Source of the DNA: an uncultured Porphyromonadaceae bacterium | Lineage (GTDB): Bacteria > Bacteroidota > Bacteroidia > Bacteroidales > Barnesiellaceae_A | Direction of reading: 5' to 3' | NCBI GenBank assembly: GCA_900538705.1 | Contig: UPZG01000003.1 | Location: forward strand, 12,516-76,515 | Length of the DNA stretch: 64,000 bases | In this document: piece by piece, positions 61,152 through 64,000 of the stretch | Position numbering within the stretch: position 1 is the first letter of the stretch | Layout: each line of letters begins with the position of its first letter | Notes under the pieces: generated by a model | Database searches by the model: none | The model's input: the letters and a program-made list of their open reading frames with translations, nothing else | What the model was told of the DNA's origin: nothing | Position numbers and translations under genes: made by a program

Positions 61152-64000
61152 ATGAAAACGCAAAAGTCTCAAAGAGAGGGTGGTAGGGAGTGTGGCAATG
61201 ATATTCCAAGCTTTCAGGTAAAAGAGGCGCGGGTGGCCTGTTCACCTTATTCTTCTATTGGAGAAGTGCGCCAGTTACGACGGATGTATCGTCCCGACGA
61301 GGGCCCATATGTCCACGTGACATTCTATTTGCATAATATGCATTATAAGGAAAAAGATTGGGACGCCGATTTTTGGGTACAGATGGTAGGTGATAAGGTG
61401 TACAAAGAGAATGTACATATAAAAGTACCGCAAGATGAGCCTACGGCTAAAGTGACGGCTACATTTCGATGTAGTGAGACTGGGACAATCGGATTGGGTG
61501 AGTGGTTTGTGAGGCTCTTTCAATGCAAAGAGAACAGAAATGTGTACCAAGATGATGTTGCATTTAAAATAGTTGACTTGCCGCCTCATTATACACAATG
61601 TTTTGAGTTTATCTCTTTTGATTTATATAGGGGTGAAGTTGCGGATGACAGTATCTTGCATGCCAAGTCGCAATATTGTTTCAAATCCAGGGGACTGGAT
61701 TCCATAACATTGCTTTATCTGGCTAAAAATCTACTTGATAAGGAATGGACGCCCGAGCTTGTCTTGATGCTTTTCGATGAGACCGGACGTATTGTTATGC
61801 AACATGTAGAAGAAGTACAGTTGGTACAAATGGACGAGAAGAACAAGTGTATTTACTTTATGCATGTGCTTAAGGGTAAAACCCGGGGCTTTTTCTCGCC
61901 GGGATTCTACACGCTGAAAATAATGTTCCTTAATGATGTTGTATTGTCGGCTTCGTTTGAGGTGGGTAATGAAGACCGTTTCGGACTTTATGGCAAAGAT
62001 GCGGTACAGCCGCACAAGACGATAGGAAATGCCAAGACCGTGAAGCCTGATGCTGTGATGGCTCCTATGGAGAAACTCGATGCGATGATAGGGCTGGCAT
62101 CGGTCAAGAAGAAACTGCATGAGTTTATCGGCTTGGCACGACTCAACTATAAACGTCGTGCTGCCGGGTTGCCCATTAATATGTTGCCTTTGCATGCAGT
62201 GTTTATAGGTAATCCCGGTACCGGTAAAACAACGGTGGCCGGCCTTATAGGTAAGATATTCAAAGATGCCGGCTTGCTGTCAAAGGGTCATGTCGTTTTT
62301 GAAGAACGCAGTACCTTGATAGGACAGTTTTATAGCAGCGAAAGTGAAAAGACCCTCAATGCATTGAAACGGGCAGAAGGCGGTATACTTTTCATTGACG
62401 AGGCTTACTCGCTGTATAAAGCAGGTGACCCTAAAGACCCGGGACTGAACGTGCTGGAAACTCTCATGACGGCATTGGCCGATAAAGAGCAGCGTGATTG
62501 GATGTTGATTTTGGCCGGTTATCCCAAGGAGATGAAAGCGATGTTGGAGGCTAATCCTGGTTTCAATTCGCGTCTGCCAGAGAGTAACAGATACTATTTT
62601 GATGATTATAGTGTCGATGAGCTGATGCAGATAGCCGACCTCTATTGTAAGAAATATCAGTATGTCCTTTCTGACGATGCCCGTAAGGCGTTGTATAGCG
62701 TTGTACGTCGTGCTTACAGTGTCAAAGACGACACCTTCGGTAATGGCCGGTATATAGAGAATCTTTTGACCAATGAGGTGTTGCCGGCTTTATCGGCTCG
62801 GGTATGTGCTCTTCCGTCGCCTACTGTAGAAGATTTGTCGACGATTGTGCGCGATGATATTCCTGCTGTAGCTTATGGCGACTATGATAAATCGCTGCAG
62901 AAGTTGCAGAAGATGGTAGGACTTGACGAGTTGAAAAAAAGTATAGAGAGCCATCTCAACTTTGTAAAACTGTTGACGTTGCGTCGTGAAGCCGGGTTGC
63001 ATACCGAGCAACCGCCTCTGCACATGGTCTTTACCGGTAATCCCGGTACCGGTAAGACAACCGTAGCCGACTTTATGGGTGAGATTTATTATTCTCTCGG
63101 ACTTTTGTCGCGAGGCAATGTGATACGGGTAGAACGAACCGATATGGTAGGCGCCCATATAGGCGAGACAGAGAAGAAGATGAAGCGTATCCTCAAGCAG
63201 GCACAAGGAAATGTTTTGTTTATCGATGAGGCATACAACCTATACATAGGCGGAGAAAATACCAAAAACGACTTTGGAATGCGTGCCATAGAGACTTTGC
63301 TGACGGTACTCAGTCGCGAGGAGGTAGATATGCTGGTGATATTGGCCGGCTATCCTAAAGAGATGGAAGAGATGTTGTCGTGCAATCCAGGGTTGCGGTC
63401 GCGTTTTCCCTATGTATTCCATTTTGAAGATTACAGTGTCGACGAGTTGTTACAGATTGCCGATATTGTAGTACAGCGTGGAGGTTACTGTTTCACCCGG
63501 GAGGCTCGGGAAAAATTACGTGCCCTTGTAGAGAAAGAATGCCGCAAGAAGAATGCCCATTTTGGTAACGGCCGCTTTATTTCGCGGCTTATATCGACCC
63601 GTATCATACCGGCGATGAGTAATCGCATAGCGGCTATGCCTGCCGGTAACCAGAAAGACGCCAAAGTGTTACAGACCATTCTACCCGAAGATATACCTAT
63701 CACCGACGAGGAGGCGATAGCTATTCGTAACAACGGGTTCGACGAGGAAGAGATAAAGGAGGCTCTTCGAGAGTTGGATGGCATGGTGGGGCTTGAGAAA
63801 GTAAAAGTTGCCATTCACAATTTTGTGGAAGTGGCACGGTACCGTAATAAAAAAGGTCATGTAGCCGATGATGTCCCTATGAAGTGGAGTTTTGTGGGGA
63901 ATACGGGTACCGGGAAAAGTACGGTAGCGGGTATTATGGGCCGTCTGTTACATGCTATGCATTTGCTTGAGAAAGGTCAAATGGTAGAGCTGAAAGCCGA
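61152..64000 (+). CDS. Multi-module AAA+ ATPase (at least 3 tandem CbbX/CfxQ/SpoVK-type modules), 3' end outside window
   Basis: Hand translation shows the frame open from 61071 to 64000, with the first ATG at 61152. Walker A: GNPGTGKTT at 62208 and 63036, GNTGTGKST at 63897. Walker B: ILFIDEAYSL and VLFIDEAYNL. NPG(F/L)xSR(L/F) motifs are present. Missing from the ORF track, apparently because no stop codon falls in the window. Confidence 0.85.
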   Translation, partial: MKTQKSQREGGRECGNDIPSFQVKEARVACSPYSSIGEVRQLRRMYRPDEGPYVHVTFYLHNMHYKEKDWDADFWVQMVGDKVYKENVHIKVPQDEPTAKVTATFRCSETGTIGLGEWFVRLFQCKENRNVYQDDVAFKIVDLPPHYTQCFEFISFDLYRGEVADDSILHAKSQYCFKSRGLDSITLLYLAKNLLDKEWTPELVLMLFDETGRIVMQHVEEVQLVQMDEKNKCIYFMHVLKGKTRGFFSPGFYTLKIMFLNDVVLSASFEVGNEDRFGLYGKDAVQPHKTIGNAKTVKPDAVMAPMEKLDAMIGLASVKKKLHEFIGLARLNYKRRAAGLPINMLPLHAVFIGNPGTGKTTVAGLIGKIFKDAGLLSKGHVVFEERSTLIGQFYSSESEKTLNALKRAEGGILFIDEAYSLYKAGDPKDPGLNVLETLMTALADKEQRDWMLILAGYPKEMKAMLEANPGFNSRLPESNRYYFDDYSVDELMQIADLYCKKYQYVLSDDARKALYSVVRRAYSVKDDTFGNGRYIENLLTNEVLPALSARVCALPSPTVEDLSTIVRDDIPAVAYGDYDKSLQKLQKMVGLDELKKSIESHLNFVKLLTLRREAGLHTEQPPLHMVFTGNPGTGKTTVADFMGEIYYSLGLLSRGNVIRVERTDMVGAHIGETEKKMKRILKQAQGNVLFIDEAYNLYIGGENTKNDFGMRAIETLLTVLSREEVDMLVILAGYPKEMEEMLSCNPGLRSRFPYVFHFEDYSVDELLQIADIVVQRGGYCFTREAREKLRALVEKECRKKNAHFGNGRFISRLISTRIIPAMSNRIAAMPAGNQKDAKVLQTILPEDIPITDEEAIAIRNNGFDEEEIKEALRELDGMVGLEKVKVAIHNFVEVARYRNKKGHVADDVPMKWSFVGNTGTGKSTVAGIMGRLLHAMHLLEKGQMVELKA

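Noticed and set aside
61275-63814. Six minus-strand ORFs of 60-154 aa listed in the track (61275-61598, 61731-62195, 62790-63206, 63089-63289, 63240-63422, 63485-63814).
   Set aside because: All lie antisense to the long + strand AAA+ reading frame, which has clear Walker A/B motifs. Their translations are low-complexity and motif-free.
1-64000. Search for CRISPR arrays, tRNA/rRNA genes, IS elements or transposases, toxin-antitoxin pairs, restriction-modification and known defence genes.
   Set aside because: I could not find any by eye. There are no regularly spaced repeats, no tRNA-like T-arm (GGTTCGAATCC-type) sequences, and no transposase or integrase other than xerD. A computational scan (tRNAscan-SE, Infernal/Rfam, CRISPR and defence-system finders) would be needed to exclude them formally.

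Overview
The window looks like a core chromosomal segment of a Bacteroidales (phylum Bacteroidota) genome. Support: many TAnnTTTG -7 promoter boxes, the gldE-gldD pair, several proteins with T9SS C-terminal sorting domains, and typical Bacteroides housekeeping operons (thyA-folA, xerD/aroQ-pyk-rbfA, rpsO, typA, ruvB, dnaX, lpxB, thrC, tnaA). I found no rRNA, tRNA, CRISPR array, IS element, prophage or recognisable defence island. About 85-90% of the window is ordinary coding sequence. The items most worth a second look are these. (1) A + strand ORF of more than 949 codons starts at 61152 and runs off the window end. It is absent from the supplied ORF track and encodes at least three tandem CbbX/SpoVK-type AAA+ modules behind a duplicated N-terminus of unknown function. 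(2) An orphan XRE-HTH/S24-peptidase (LexA/CI-like) repressor has its own -7 promoter box at the centre of a 42-bp concentric palindrome. (3) A 9.3-kb island of four T9SS cargo genes with no recognisable enzymatic domain lies divergent from a TPR-TM-LuxR regulator, with a 17-18-bp direct repeat in the shared control region. (4) A 395-bp AT-rich gap between convergent genes holds a strand-specific terminator and a possible small RNA. (5) An in-frame TAG in an SDR-family gene is followed by 38 more codons that look coding. (6) Two paralogous ECF sigma operons have similar GTA(A/T)C-N16-CGTCT promoter-like motifs. None of these amounts to a complete new multi-gene system. The AAA+ locus is cut by the window edge, so its partners cannot be assessed. 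Motif and hairpin coordinates were counted by hand and may be off by 1-2 nt. All family assignments come from motifs read in the translations, not from database searches.
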